Below are positions 1 to 12,032 of a stretch of 64,000 nt of DNA, piece after piece. Numbering within the stretch: the first letter of the stretch is position 1; each line of letters starts with the position of its first letter. Below the pieces are notes generated by a model. That model did not search any database. It was given only the letters and a program-made list of their open reading frames with translations, and was not told the origin of the DNA. This DNA comes from Octopus vulgaris (lineage: Eukaryota). The stretch lies in NCBI GenBank assembly GCA_951406725.2, contig OX597821.1, forward strand, positions 45,508,001-45,572,000. Reading direction: 5' to 3'. The translations under genes and the position numbers were made by a program.

Positions 1-1407
1 TTAGTTGGAAGGTAGGATAAGCTGAATCGCTTCTTTTTTTTTTTTTCAGTAGAAACAAAGAACCTGGTAATGACTGTGCTGCCATCTCGTGACTGCCTGC
101 CATACTGCCTTTCCGCCATATTGCTATCAATTCAATATAGAATATTTTCCAACTTACAGAAAGCTCGTTGTATTTGCTTTACGTCTTCAAGTAAAATATT
201 TACTTTTCAGAAATATTCTGTTTATTTAGCAAATACTACATCAGCGTTTTTTTGTTTTGACTGTGTAGCAGAAATTGGAATGAGGGCAGTAAGAAATTTA
301 CCTGTTCCAATGTGTGTTGCGTGCACTGCTTTATTGGGGTCATTATGACAAAGTGCTCCATGATGAGAGGGATATTTCAGTAATAAGGAGGATGTGTCAG
401 TTCCAACTGACCGCTATCATTAATACGCTGGCACGTGTAGGGAAGTTTAATATCTACAGGAGGTTAGGGAAAATTGAATATATGAGTAAACTTTAGTATC
501 TTAAAATATACGATACTTCAGTATTGAGTGAAGAATGGAAGCACCGGCAAAGGCTGGATGTACAATTCTCTTAAGAAACACAACGACAGGAAAATGGAGA
601 GCCTTCATATATATATATAGGGATGGGAGAATATATTCTTGTGCATTTTGCAAGGGGGAAATGGCTCAGTATTATGTTGCATTGGTTGCTGAAATCGTGG
701 ATAATGATGAGGTAAAAACAAAATTTTAACGGTATTCCGAGCAATGACTTTGTGGTAGCTAATTCACATATGTAGACATGAAGGTAAGGACATTGGAATT
801 ACTCTGCTTGCTCCGTACAGCATTGGAAGAACAAGTTATCGTCGAGTTAGAAACCGAAACCTGTGTTTCTTGTTGATCTAACAACCTACAAGTCAGAGTA
901 AACAAGGACTAACTGTGGACCAATTTATTGGTGATAAATCAAAGTGACAATTATTCCTAGTGGAAGTTTATCTGATAAAATACATCGTTGGAATTGTATA
1001 TTGAAATCACGTCATCATTATTCTTGAATTGTCCTATAATTACTAGCGTTCCAATGTATTCTCACATCATGTTCTAAGTTAATTCGTTGTGGGGCAAGCT
1101 GGAATGTTTAGATTTGGCTCACAAACATTATTTTTCTTTTGAATCTATGTAAGGCTTTGCTGAACCAGCTTGCTAAATATGTCGTAAAAGAATCTATATA
1201 TAAAATAGATGATAAGTGACAGATTTATCAATATGTCAAGATTTTGAAAATAAACATTTTTATGAAATGTGTTTCAACTAACGCCACCCGTCTCAATATA
1301 TGATTATACATACAAGGGTGTTACAAAAGTTTTAGGCCAACATACTTAGCGACATGACAGTAGATTGACACTCAGAGAAAGTTTAAAAAGAAAAAAAAGG
1401 GGGAGGG

Positions 1408-1434
1408 GACGTTTCGAGCATGATTCATCGTCAG
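1408..1434 (-). ncRNA. Degenerate minimal hammerhead ribozyme motif (PLE 3'-end type)
   Basis: Minus strand reads CTGACGA-tgaatcatgctc-GAAA-CG-TC. Stem I partner not retained. Confidence 0.45.
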
Positions 1435-1691
1435 AGAGAAGAAAGAGGGAAAAGTCCAGGGAGAAGGATAAGAATAGTCCGAGGAAGGCACGGGTGTCAT
1501 TACATGGCTGAAAAATAACTGGCCGAAAGAGGAGAGAGATAGAAACTAACCGGAAGACAGGAGAGTGCGAAAATGGCCCGTGTGTGTGTTTTTATACGTT
1601 CGTATGTATATGTATGTATGTGTCTGTCTGTCTACATATGTATGTGTGTGTGCGTATTTGAATATGCATATTAATTTGTGTATATATATAT

Positions 1692-1734
<43 letters not shown>

Positions 1735-2030
1735 TACATAGTTTACTTTCCTTTTAAGGTATGATTAGCACCCCCCCCAAAAAAAACCCCAAAACAATCC
1801 ATCAGGTGAGAAATAAATGTTGCTTAATGTACATAAAATATAGTTTGAGCTACTAATAGCTTCATACAATAGAGATGTTATCTAGCCAGTGTCCCGAAGC
1901 AAGCTTCAGCCCGAGGATTGCTTGGAGGCAGAAGGTGTTTTAGTAAAAGTTGCCTAGATAACATCTCCAATGTATAAGACTATAAATTGCTCATAACCAT
2001 ATATATATATATATATATATATTACAATTC

Positions 2031-2073
2031 TTGTGCTGATGACACCGATTAGTGCAGAAAAACGTGTCGACAA
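2031..2073 (+). ncRNA. Degenerate type I hammerhead ribozyme next to (TA)n
   Basis: ttgt-g-CTGATGA-CACcgattaGTG-ca-GAAA-aacgtg-TC-g-acaa; stems I and II recognisable. Confidence 0.55.
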
Positions 2074-2301
2074 ATGTTTTCATGTCTTCAAGCTAAGTTT
2101 CTCCTTTTCTTGAATGGCATTTCAACTTCAGCGATTTTTCACGCTTTGAGATTATCTCCCCTTCTCAAATGAAACTAGTCTTAATTGCCACTTGCTAATT
2201 GTGACACATGACCTGGGGGGCAGAGATAGTCTTAATAAGTCAACAATCAATGCTGTATGGTATTGATTAATTTGCATTTGATTTTATATGCGTGCGTATG
2301 T

Positions 2302-2368
<67 letters not shown>

Positions 2369-2843
2369 TGTGAGTGTGTGTGCGCACGCATGTATGTGTG
2401 CGTGTATATAAAAATAAATGGATAGATATATTTTCATGCATATTTACATTCTGCATATATAAATCCTAATGTGTGTGAGAGTATACACTCGCAAACACAA
2501 ACATAATTATGCATAGTATGATATTCATATATAACATATATTTATATGCAATGCAATTTTTTAAAATGTATGCATAATACCATTTTTGTTTTCTACACCA
2601 CCTGTCTTCGTCTTTTGTTTTGTTGTGAATTCTCCCCCGCACATGCATACATTTTTTTAGATAGATGGGTGCATCTATACTCTCACACACGTTAAGATTT
2701 ATGTATGCAGAGTGTACATATGTTTGTAAATATCTGTACACTCTGCATACATATATAAATGAACACACATATATACATACATACATACATGCACACACAC
2801 ACAGACACACACATATAACTAACTTTGGCAGTGTCGAATGTGG

Positions 2844-2904
<61 letters not shown>

Positions 2905-3333
2905 GAATGGAGTTGAACGACTAGTTAACAAATATCTTTTATTCTCGACATATGTTTCGAAGGCTGCATATTCCTAATTCTGATGTGAATTTGCTACCCA
3001 GGTATCGGTTATCTTTCGAATTATCCTTAATAAGATAATTCATTCAACTACTCAAATATATATATATATATATGTGTATGCATGTATACATCATCGGTAA
3101 ATCATAAATCCGAAAGAGTTGCACACTCTAAGTTATAGAGCAGTAGAGTATTTAGAGGAAGGTAGTTATGGCTGGTTCGTAGGGTTACCCAGGTTTTCAC
3201 ATCCATAAGGCTCTTAGCTTTACATTCTCCATTTTTCTGTCTAAGAGCGTAGGTTCGACACATCAAAGACTTTTCCATTCTTCCTGTGCGTTAAACTGTT
3301 ATACTTGCTTGTTGCTGGTTTTCTGTAAATTTG

Positions 3334-3477
<144 letters not shown>

Positions 3478-3705
3478 TATTCAAAGGAATTCCAACTCTG
3501 TCTGTTTTTTTATGTTTTACTTATATTCTTTATAATATTAATATAGAATATATAGTATAAATAGTATATATAGTAAAATGAAATATTGAATATCAAATAT
3601 TAAGGGACTAGTATACTTTCTTGCATTTTAGCAGTCTTCAAGGTCCCAGGTTGTGACAGGAATGTTTCAACATACATATATACATATATGTATATATGTA
3701 TGTAT

Positions 3706-3751
<46 letters not shown>

Positions 3752-3920
3752 ATGTATATATACATACACATACATATGCATGTGTATCATTTATATAAGT
3801 ATATGATGCACAGTCGGTTAAGAAAGAATGCATAATTATGAGGTTTTAGTTGAACGCCGAAAGTATGGGTCTTCTCAATATATTCATACGCATATTATAC
3901 TCGTATGCTTATTACAATAT

Positions 3921-5949
3921 GGTACTAGGAAAATTCGGTCCCAATAAATTTGGTCCCAGACAATTTGTCAATTCGGTATCCGGTCATTTCGCCCACTATG
4001 GAGTCCGTTCGCCCACACATCACTTTGCCCACAAGATAGCAAATATTTCCAATCTTAAGAAACCCTAATATGGCTGCAAAATATTTTACAAGTGAGAAAA
4101 ACAAAGACAAATTGATTGATGAACTTAATTATGTTTACGACTTTCATAAGTTTAGTTCCGATGAGACAAGGAAACTGTGGGACTGTCAGATTCGCAATAT
4201 ATGTCGTGCTCATATTCATACAGAGAATAAACCAGCTGGACCTATAATTATTTCAACAATCAATAGACATGATCACGAACCAGCACCGAATGCAGTGGAG
4301 GCACAATTTGCCATTTCAGCATTAAGAAAAAAGTTGCAAGATGGAGTTGAAACTAGTACTTGAGTGCTCATTTCAGAAACGACAAATGATATTAGTGAGA
4401 ATGCGAAATATGAATTACCACGGTTGCAAACAGTTTCTAGAAGTATTACAAACTGGCGCAATAAAGCTTTTGGTGCTCCTCCGTTGCCTCTTCATCGAAC
4501 TGGATTTCATGTGCCCGATTCTTTTATATACTTGGAAAGCGGTGATTTGTTCCAGCAATACGACACAGGCAGTAATGATGAAAAGAAGATTTAATCTTTG
4601 CCTCTAACGAAAGTCTTCAACAACTGGAAAACACCTCATTTTTAGGAATGGAGGGCATATTCAAATCATCACCAAGTGCATGGTATCAGCTTTTCACCAA
4701 TCTTGCTATCATAAATGGTTGATCTTATTCTCGAGCTTTCATTCTACTGCCGGACAAAACACAAGCAACATATGACAAAAAACTTTTCTTGAAATAAGAA
4801 AATTGCAGCCCATTGTTAAAAACCACGTCAAGTATTGATTGACTTTGAATGGGCAATACGTAAGAGCTGTGATCATAACTTTATTGGAAGCACCAGTGGA
4901 GGTTGCCAGATAGGAAATTATCGGAAATTATGCCAACTCGGATATAAAGTTCAATATAGTATTGATGGTTCTTTTGCCACTAAAATAAAAATGTTCTGAG
5001 CACTGGCATTTTTACCACCAGAAGTAATTGATACTTATGAAGATCTCTGTGAAGACGAATCTATTCCAATAGATTTTATAAGCTATTTCGAGCTGACATA
5101 CATTGGACCAAAGAGAGGAAAACTCGACAGTCGAGAAGAGCCCTTATATCCAGTTAATTTTTGGAATGTTTACAGTCGAGTAATTCAGGAAATGCCTCGG
5201 ACAAACAACGCTCTTGAGGGGATACACTCAGTATTGCTCACATCAATAACAAGCAAGCACCCAACCATCTGAAAGCTTATTGATACTCTTCGAAAAGAAG
5301 AATCTCTTACACAGACCAAAATGATTCATGCCCAAAGAGGGGATAATCCAGAGAAAAAGAGAAAATACCAGTCAATTGAAACGCGGTTAAAAATACTTGT
5401 GCAATCTTATGATAGTAACGATAAATTAACTTTCCTAAAGGCAATTGCCCATTCATTAAATTTTTCGGTTTAATTTTCAGGGACAGAATGTTCTCAGACC
5501 TATTTTCCTAATTTTTGCTTAATATGTTTGATAAAAGTAAATATCATATATGTATTTTTTTTATAGTTTAAACATGAGCTACCCTTATTTTTCTGTTAGT
5601 TTTTACATGTGATTTTTATATTTTTGTTAATAAAATTATTATTCTATTTTTTTTAATTATTTATACTGATTAGTTAAATCAATGTTTACTGTAGAAATAT
5701 ATTAATAACGTTTGGGGTCAATAATTTTCGGGACCGAATTTTCTCGGACTCAATTTTCCTAATTTCTTGTGTAATATGTCTGATAAAAGGTAATATTATA
5801 AAGATATTTTTTGCTGTTTTATACATTAGTTTATTTATTTATTTCAATAAAATTACTCTTCTATTTAGTTACGTATTTTTTTTTATTTGCTTAATTAATC
5901 TTTTCATAAGTAGTTTACTAATAATTTCTGGACCGAATTTTCTGGTCAC
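3921..5949 (+). mobile_element. MULE/Mutator DNA transposon with disrupted FLYWCH-like + MULE transposase
   Basis: ORF fragments 4070-4594 (LWDCQIRNICRAHIHT...HDHEP), then GIFKSSPSAWYQLFT near 4650 and PRTNNALEG near 5195. Imperfect TIRs (aaaattcggtcc / ggaccgaatttt). Flanks attacaatat (3911-3920) and attactatat (5950-5959) form a 10-bp TSD with 1 mismatch. Confidence 0.85.
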
Positions 5950-5951
5950 AT

Positions 5952-5987
<36 letters not shown>

Positions 5988-5992
<5 letters not shown>

Positions 5993-6458
5993 TCGGTACT
6001 TAGTTGTGCCATTTATTTACTAATTTGTGTATTTTTCCCTCACGGGCTACTTTTTACTGGAAGGCAATACTTTGTATTGCATTACTGATATTTTGAAACT
6101 TCTTCACCGTTTCTCGTACTGTTAGCGTTCCGCATTTCAGTCGAGTGTGTTAGTATTAATATGGTAACATCGTAGATTTCGTCTTGGTATATGTTTGGCT
6201 GATGAAGGTAAAACAAAATATGGGTGAGAGACATATCTTGTAAAACCTGAAACCTGCAGGTACCACATTATCCTTTTCCGGGTGTTTCATCTTTCAGATG
6301 TTCTCCCTGGAGGTAAGACGGTTTTTTTTTCTCTAATTTGTTGCACACACGCATTTTTGCTAATACATACGCGGTGAAGCTACACATTAGCGTCGTATTT
6401 TTACGTTCGCTATTTCCAGTAAATATCGGTACTTAGTTGTGCCATTTATTTACTAATT

Positions 6459-6461
<3 letters not shown>
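5988..6461 (+). mobile_element. Retrozyme-like / PLE pseudo-LTR unit, 433-bp monomer with 41-bp terminal redundancy
   Basis: aaatatcggtacttagttgtgccatttatttactaatttgt occurs at 5988 and 6421. (TA)n on both sides, internal HHR, no ORF. Confidence 0.75.
6191..6268 (+). ncRNA. Type I hammerhead ribozyme, intact core
   Basis: CTGATGA (6199-6205); stem II AGGT..ACCT with inner acaaaatatg/catatcttgt helix; GAAA (6249-52); palindromic CCTGCAGG; GUA site (predicted cut after 6262); stem I atgt-tt-gg/cc-acat. Confidence 0.85.
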
Positions 6462-6529
<68 letters not shown>

Positions 6530-6531
<2 letters not shown>

Positions 6532-6956
6532 TAACAGTATAGCCCGGCGTTGCTTGGGTTTGTATTTTAGTTGCGCTTACAACGGCAGACTTTGATGTCG
6601 TGTTAACGAAGTTTTGACATAGTTTCAATTTTTTTTGAAAAGTAAAAATTTTGCATTATGTAGCTTGTTATTCTTTTTAAGTGAAAATTATTCTGGTTGA
6701 AATACACCGAAAAATGGCGACACAGCAGTAAAACATAGGAATTTTCATAGAAAAAACCCCCCACCTTTTTGATGTAAATAACTTTTGGTCTTAACATGGT
6801 CCAATTTGAATTTTTTCTTCTACGGAATGAAGAGCAAGCCTTCTATCATACTCTCAATTTTGGTCAACATGCGCCGCAGGGTCTCGGGGGAGATACTGTT
6901 AGTTGAAGGCTACCAAACTTGCCACACACACACACAGACAACTTCAGCTTTATATG

Positions 6957-6960
<4 letters not shown>
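6530..6960 (-). mobile_element. Non-autonomous Helitron
   Basis: Minus strand starts tata(c)atataaagctgaag. It ends with hairpin cccaagcaacgccggg about 8 nt before TTAG|T (CTAG-like). Sits in (TA)n. Confidence 0.65.
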
Positions 6961-6987
<27 letters not shown>

Positions 6988-6989
6988 AT

Positions 6990-7351
6990 GTATGTATCAC
7001 ATTTTCACACCTACATATACACACACGCACATGTCAAGATCACTAGCCCTCTTTCACACGCACATACGTACTCTCTTACACACACACACACCCTCGTTTT
7101 GGGATCACTACTACTTTGTTATCTCCCCTACTTCTTAGCTCTCCTGTGTGACCCTTCTGTCCGGCATTCGCCATAATAGATCGGTAGCCACTAGACACAT
7201 TTTTTTCTCTCCTTATTTCTTTGTGTTCCTTTCTGTGGAAGAGCGTAAGCCCGAAACGTTAAAGACTTTTTCAATTCTCGAGCGTTGTACTAATACATCT
7301 GTCTGTTTTCTACACCACCTGTCTTCGTCTTTTGTTTTTTTCGTGAATTCT

Positions 7352-7355
<4 letters not shown>
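6990..7355 (+). mobile_element. 3' UTR fragment of a Penelope-like family with variant HHR (7229-7264)
   Basis: cttt-CTGTGGA-agagcgtaagccc-GAAA-CG-TT-aaag. Same sequence family at 3236-3335, 60380-60545 and 62313-63323. Confidence 0.7.
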
Positions 7356-7410
<55 letters not shown>

Positions 7411-7414
<4 letters not shown>

Positions 7415-8220
7415 GTTGAATTGAGCAAACACTATATGAGAGAGATTTTCTTTAAGTATTAGAAATAGTTTTAAAAAAGTTTTTTTAGCTACTATTTCTA
7501 ATGAGTTCAGTATATGTGGCAAAGTAATTTATTTTACTAAGCCCTTTTATATAATGTAATAATTTGAATTCGCCTTAAATGGTCCCTTTACATACTGAAC
7601 ACTTGGCGAAATTGATTAATAATTAATTAATTAATTTTACCCTCAATTGTTGAAATTATAATTCATCTCTCTCTATTTAATGTCTCGGATTTACCGAAAA
7701 AGCATAGTGTTTACTGATTTTAACCCACGCTGGTGGAAAGGGGAGAGCAGAAATTCTTCGCTTGCATATTTTGGGTGTGCTGACACTGTTAGTTTCGAGC
7801 AGATCTTCAGAAGCGATAAGAAGCCGAAAGGGTATGCTCCCACTTTCAGTGTTTTCAAATCCAAACCAAGGAGTTCTGAGCTGATGATAGAAATGTCGAG
7901 TTTGACTAATCTTGAAACGTACGTTCTCAAATAACCTTTGCATTTGATTTTTTAATGTCTTTACCCCCATACTTTCGTGAGTTGAATTGAGCAAACACTA
8001 TATGAGAGAGATTTTCTTTAAGTATTAGAAATAGTTTTAAAAAAGTTTTTTTAGCTACTATTTCTAATGAGTTCAGTATGTGGCAAAGTAATTTATTTTA
8101 CTAAGCCCTTTTATATAATGTAATAATTTGAATTCGCCTTAAATGGTCCCTTTACATACTGAACACTTGGCGAAATTGATTAATAATTAATTAATTAATT
8201 TTACCCTCAATTGTTGAAAT
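7411..8220 (+). mobile_element. Retrozyme-like unit, 566-bp monomer x ~1.4
   Basis: About 245-bp near-identical direct repeat starting at 7411 and 7977. (TA)n on both flanks; HHR inside the unique part. Confidence 0.75.
7877..7929 (+). ncRNA. Type I hammerhead ribozyme
   Basis: tgag-CTGATGA(7881-87)-tAGA..GTCgagtttGAC..TCTt-GAAA(7914-17)-CGTACG-TT-ctca. Palindromic stem III, GUU site. Confidence 0.8.
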
Positions 8221-8245
8221 ATATATATATATGTATATATATACA

Positions 8246-8314
8246 TAGGGTTGGCAACTAAGTTCCCGCCGTTGTTTTAAATTTAAATTTTTTCAAAGGT
8301 TTAATAAAAAATAA
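8246..8314 (-). mobile_element. Mariner 3' terminus (TIR + subterminal), probable missing end of the 25728-26918 element
   Basis: ggttggcaactaagttcccgccgtt matches the reverse complement of the TIR at 26891-26918. Confidence 0.7.
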
Positions 8315-8675
8315 GGATCTTTTCTTTTTGAAAGCCAGATTTTCCTAGTCAACTAAACAATTTGAAACTTCGTATACTGGTAAAATGTGTCAAAAGAAAA
8401 CATAATTGTTAACCAAAATGAAAACGGAATTGTAATTTCTAAGTTTGACGTTGTTTAAAAATTCGAATTTTAACCAATGATATTCTTTCTTTCGGCCTCA
8501 TATTAATTACTGCTTCTCAAAATATTGTTACTGTGACGTAAACAGCTATTTTGTGACGTAGTTAACGTAAACAGCTAACTAAAATGTAAACATCTCCGAT
8601 TATCATAAACTTCGTGGAGTATATATAAAATTTGTGTAGATCCTAAATAGCTACACACACATGTATACAAACATA

Positions 8676-8722
<47 letters not shown>

Positions 8723-9389
8723 CTATACACACATATTCTAATGCATATGCATATATGTGTATATATTTATAATGTGTGTGTATTATAGATGCATACATTA
8801 TATATATATATAGATAAAAGATGTTTACATACAATATATATATGTTATATACATCTACATGTATATGTATGTATGAATATATAAGTACCATAGAATTTGA
8901 ATCAAATTGTTTTGATCCATACATACACACACACACACACACCAACACTACCATCCATGAGACATCCTAACATTATCAATGCTACTACTACTACTATCAT
9001 CATCATCCACTGCCGCCACCACCACCACCTCTACAAAAATACCAACACTATAATTGCTGCCATCATACATATCCACTGTCACCACTACCACCACTGCCAT
9101 GATAACCACATCTACCACAGCTCTTTGCTTACTGCTTACCCACTCACAAAATAGCTATCTACGTCACATTAACACTATGCAGCTAATAATTTCAAATGAA
9201 AACAGACAATATGATTGGTTAAAATTCGCAGATTTAAACTACGTTTAAACTTATAAAATATATTTTTGTCAAAAAAAACTAGTTGAAATTATTGTTTTCT
9301 TTTCACACATTCTACCAGTATACGAAGTTTCAAATTATTTAGTTAACTAGAAAAATCTGAAAAATCTGGCTTTCCAAAAGAAAAGATCC
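8315..9389. mobile_element. TIR non-autonomous DNA element (GGATCTTTTC...GAAAAGATCC; Merlin-like by GG ends and possible 8-bp TSD)
   Basis: Long imperfect inverted repeats 8315-8560 and 9140-9389; interior is low complexity. Superfamily is inference. Confidence 0.7.
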
Positions 9390-9512
9390 GGGTTTGGGTT
9401 TTAAGGTTAGGGTCTTAGGGTTAGGGTTTTAGAGCTAGGTTTTATGGTTAGGGTTTTAGAGTTAGGGTTTGGTTTTGGGTTTTAGGGTTAGGGTTGGGAT
9501 TTAGGATTAGAG
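9390..9512 (+). repeat. Degenerate (TTAGGG)-like tract; a second short (TTAGGG)4 tract at 11326-11353
   Basis: Multiple ggttaggg units seen directly. Confidence 0.7.
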
Positions 9513-9976
9513 TTACGAAAACAAGCGAGAAATGAAGAAAGGTGGAGGGGTAGAGGGCAAAATTTTTTTCCGAAAATAGTTGCTGAAATCAAGAAATTGC
9601 CGAAGAAAGACTTTCACTTTATCATGAGCGGCTATCGAAAACGCTGGGGTTTTAATATGACAAAAGAAAATACAAAAATGGTGGGCTTTTATGCACATAT
9701 GTACTAAGGGATATCATATATATGTACAAAATGAAACTTGAGATTTCGAAAGAAATTGTGATGTGTGCCACTATTTTCCTTTTCACATCAAATTCCAATA
9801 TAATCTGAATGTATACATTCTGAAAAGTATTTGTAGCAAATTTCATTAAAAAATACCCAAGTTATGAGGAAACAAAGTCAACTCATGTGAATTTCCCGAA
9901 ACCTCTCTTCCTAACCACAGAATTTTTTAAAATATTAAATTCCTACATAAGCGGAATATACACCATCTAAAACATA

Positions 9977-10484
9977 CCGTAAATCCTCAAGTATAATCCG
10001 CATTATTTTCCCAAAATTTAAAGGTCAAAATCCCTAGTGCGTACTATATATGCGGTTAAAAATGGAAATTATTTTCTAAGCAATGTCCAAGTCTCTATTT
10101 GCTGTCAGGCAATGTTTATTCAGAGGTATTTTGTGATGTCGGGCTCGAAAATACCTTAAGCTAAGCCTGAAAGCAATGAAGTCATAAAAGAATCATCCAT
10201 AACTTGCAATAAGCAACATTTATTAAACGTTATTACTGTTATTTCTTTATTTTCTGCAAACAAAATGCACAAAAAGCTACGTTTGCATTATGTTATATAT
10301 ACAATAATAATAAAGGACGTTACTGTATACATTTTTAGAAACCAAGGACGTTATATAGACCTCCTTGACTGAAGTTAGAGAAGGGGTGCGTATTATACAC
10401 AAGGTTTAGGTTTTCCAGAGGTACAGCCCCTAAAAATCCCCTGCGTATTATACTCAAGGGCAGACTATACTCGAGGATTAACGG
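9977..10484. mobile_element. Tc1/pogo-type MITE
   Basis: TA|ccgtaaatcctcaagtata ... tatactcgaggattaacgg|TA: TIRs with TA TSD. Confidence 0.8.
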
Positions 10485-10954
10485 TATTTTTTGAAAATTT
10501 CATTAAAAAATTTACATTTTTCTGGAAGTTGTGAGGCAACAAAGTCGGTCGGGTAGGGGCACACATCTATAGGTAAGCCGACATTTGCATTATTTTACAA
10601 TAATCATTTCAAATCCTGCTCGGCTGGTTTTTGTCTTATCTTTCTGGGCCCAATAGAATGAGTTAATCGTAATGAAACAGAGTTGTAAACACCCCTATAC
10701 CTATCCATTCAAATGCTGACGTCAGTAAAGTTGGTCAAGGAAAACGGGTCTTTTTACTTTTATTGGAATTAATATCGTATATATTTAAGATGCCAAAGGA
10801 GTTCTGTGTTTTCGTTTTTATGAAGACGCTTCATGAATAATCTAATCTTCTCACTCTTTCGGTCATTGTTTTTTTAAAGATAAAAATAGTATGATGACTT
10901 ATAAAATATTTAGAGGATTATTAGGTTTTACAGGCCAGATGTTAAAAAAATATT

Positions 10955-11288
10955 GGAGTGGCTGATTCCGGGTTCAGTCCCACTGTCTGGCACCTTGGGC
11001 AAGTGTCTTCTCCTATAACCTCGGGCCAACCAAAGCCTTGTGAGTGGATTTGGTAGACGGAAACTGAAAGGAGCCCGTCATATATATATATATGTATGTG
11101 TGTGTGTTTGTGTGTCTGTGTTTGTTCCCCTAGCATTGCTTGACAACCGATACTGGTGTATTTATGTCCCTGTTACTTAGCGGTTCGGCAAAAAAACCGA
11201 TAGAATAAGTACTGGGCTTACAAAAAGAATAAGTCCCGGGGTCTAGTTGCTCGATTAAAGGCGATGCTCCAGCATGGCCGCGGTCAAG
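10955..11288 (+). mobile_element. Major tRNA-derived CORE-type SINE
   Basis: ggttcagtccc B-box, caccttgggcaagtgtct core, internal TA/TG tract, gctccagcatggccgc tail. Many copies in the window. Confidence 0.8.
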
Positions 11289-11678
11289 AGTAACATTAAA
11301 AGTAAAATATGTTTTATATGACACATTAGGGTTAGGGTTAGGGTTAGGGTTAGTGTCCGAAGGTTGAAAGTGTTTAGTTACAAAAAATTTATTTCTCGAT
11401 CTGCTGTTCAAAGGGTAAAGATCCCTTATATTATCTATTTAAACCCTTTACAACCTAGAAGGGTTATGGGTCAAGAGGAAAATACATCAATCAAATGTTG
11501 GCAAGGCCATCGGTTGAATAAAACAACATTGTTCCTCAACAGAGCAATAAGGCTCTATAGTTAGGGGGAAATTTACCCATTCAGTTTCAAAACTCAGGTG
11601 GGGCCAAAAGAGGTCTCTACACATACATACGTATACACACACACACATACATACATACATACATCCAAACAACTTCTT

Positions 11679-11999
11679 CATGTAGAATGAGGTGACGATG
11701 CTCGTGGGCTACCTTAGAAATCCATATCTTAAAAGGTGTGGTTGCTAGGGGCCATCTTCCTCACTCACCCTATTTCCTCCAGTACTCTCTCACTCCTCTT
11801 CATTTGACAATGCCACTACGGTTATTTAATGTAAAGTCTTCCTCAAATCACTCTCTCGCTTTTCCTCTCTTCCAAGAACATTTTCACTCACTCTTATCTC
11901 TTAGCTTCCCATACATTTTACTCATGTATCTATCAGGTTTCATAGACAGAAACAAATATTACATCATCATCGCCATCGCATTCTATTGTCTACCTGTCA

Positions 12000-12032
<33 letters not shown>

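Noticed and set aside
70-950. Possible host exons or decayed transposase
   Set aside because: Short ORFs with stops and no recognisable motif or consistent splice structure.
9390-11353. Telomere or fusion site
   Set aside because: Short, degenerate, single-orientation tracts among repeats.
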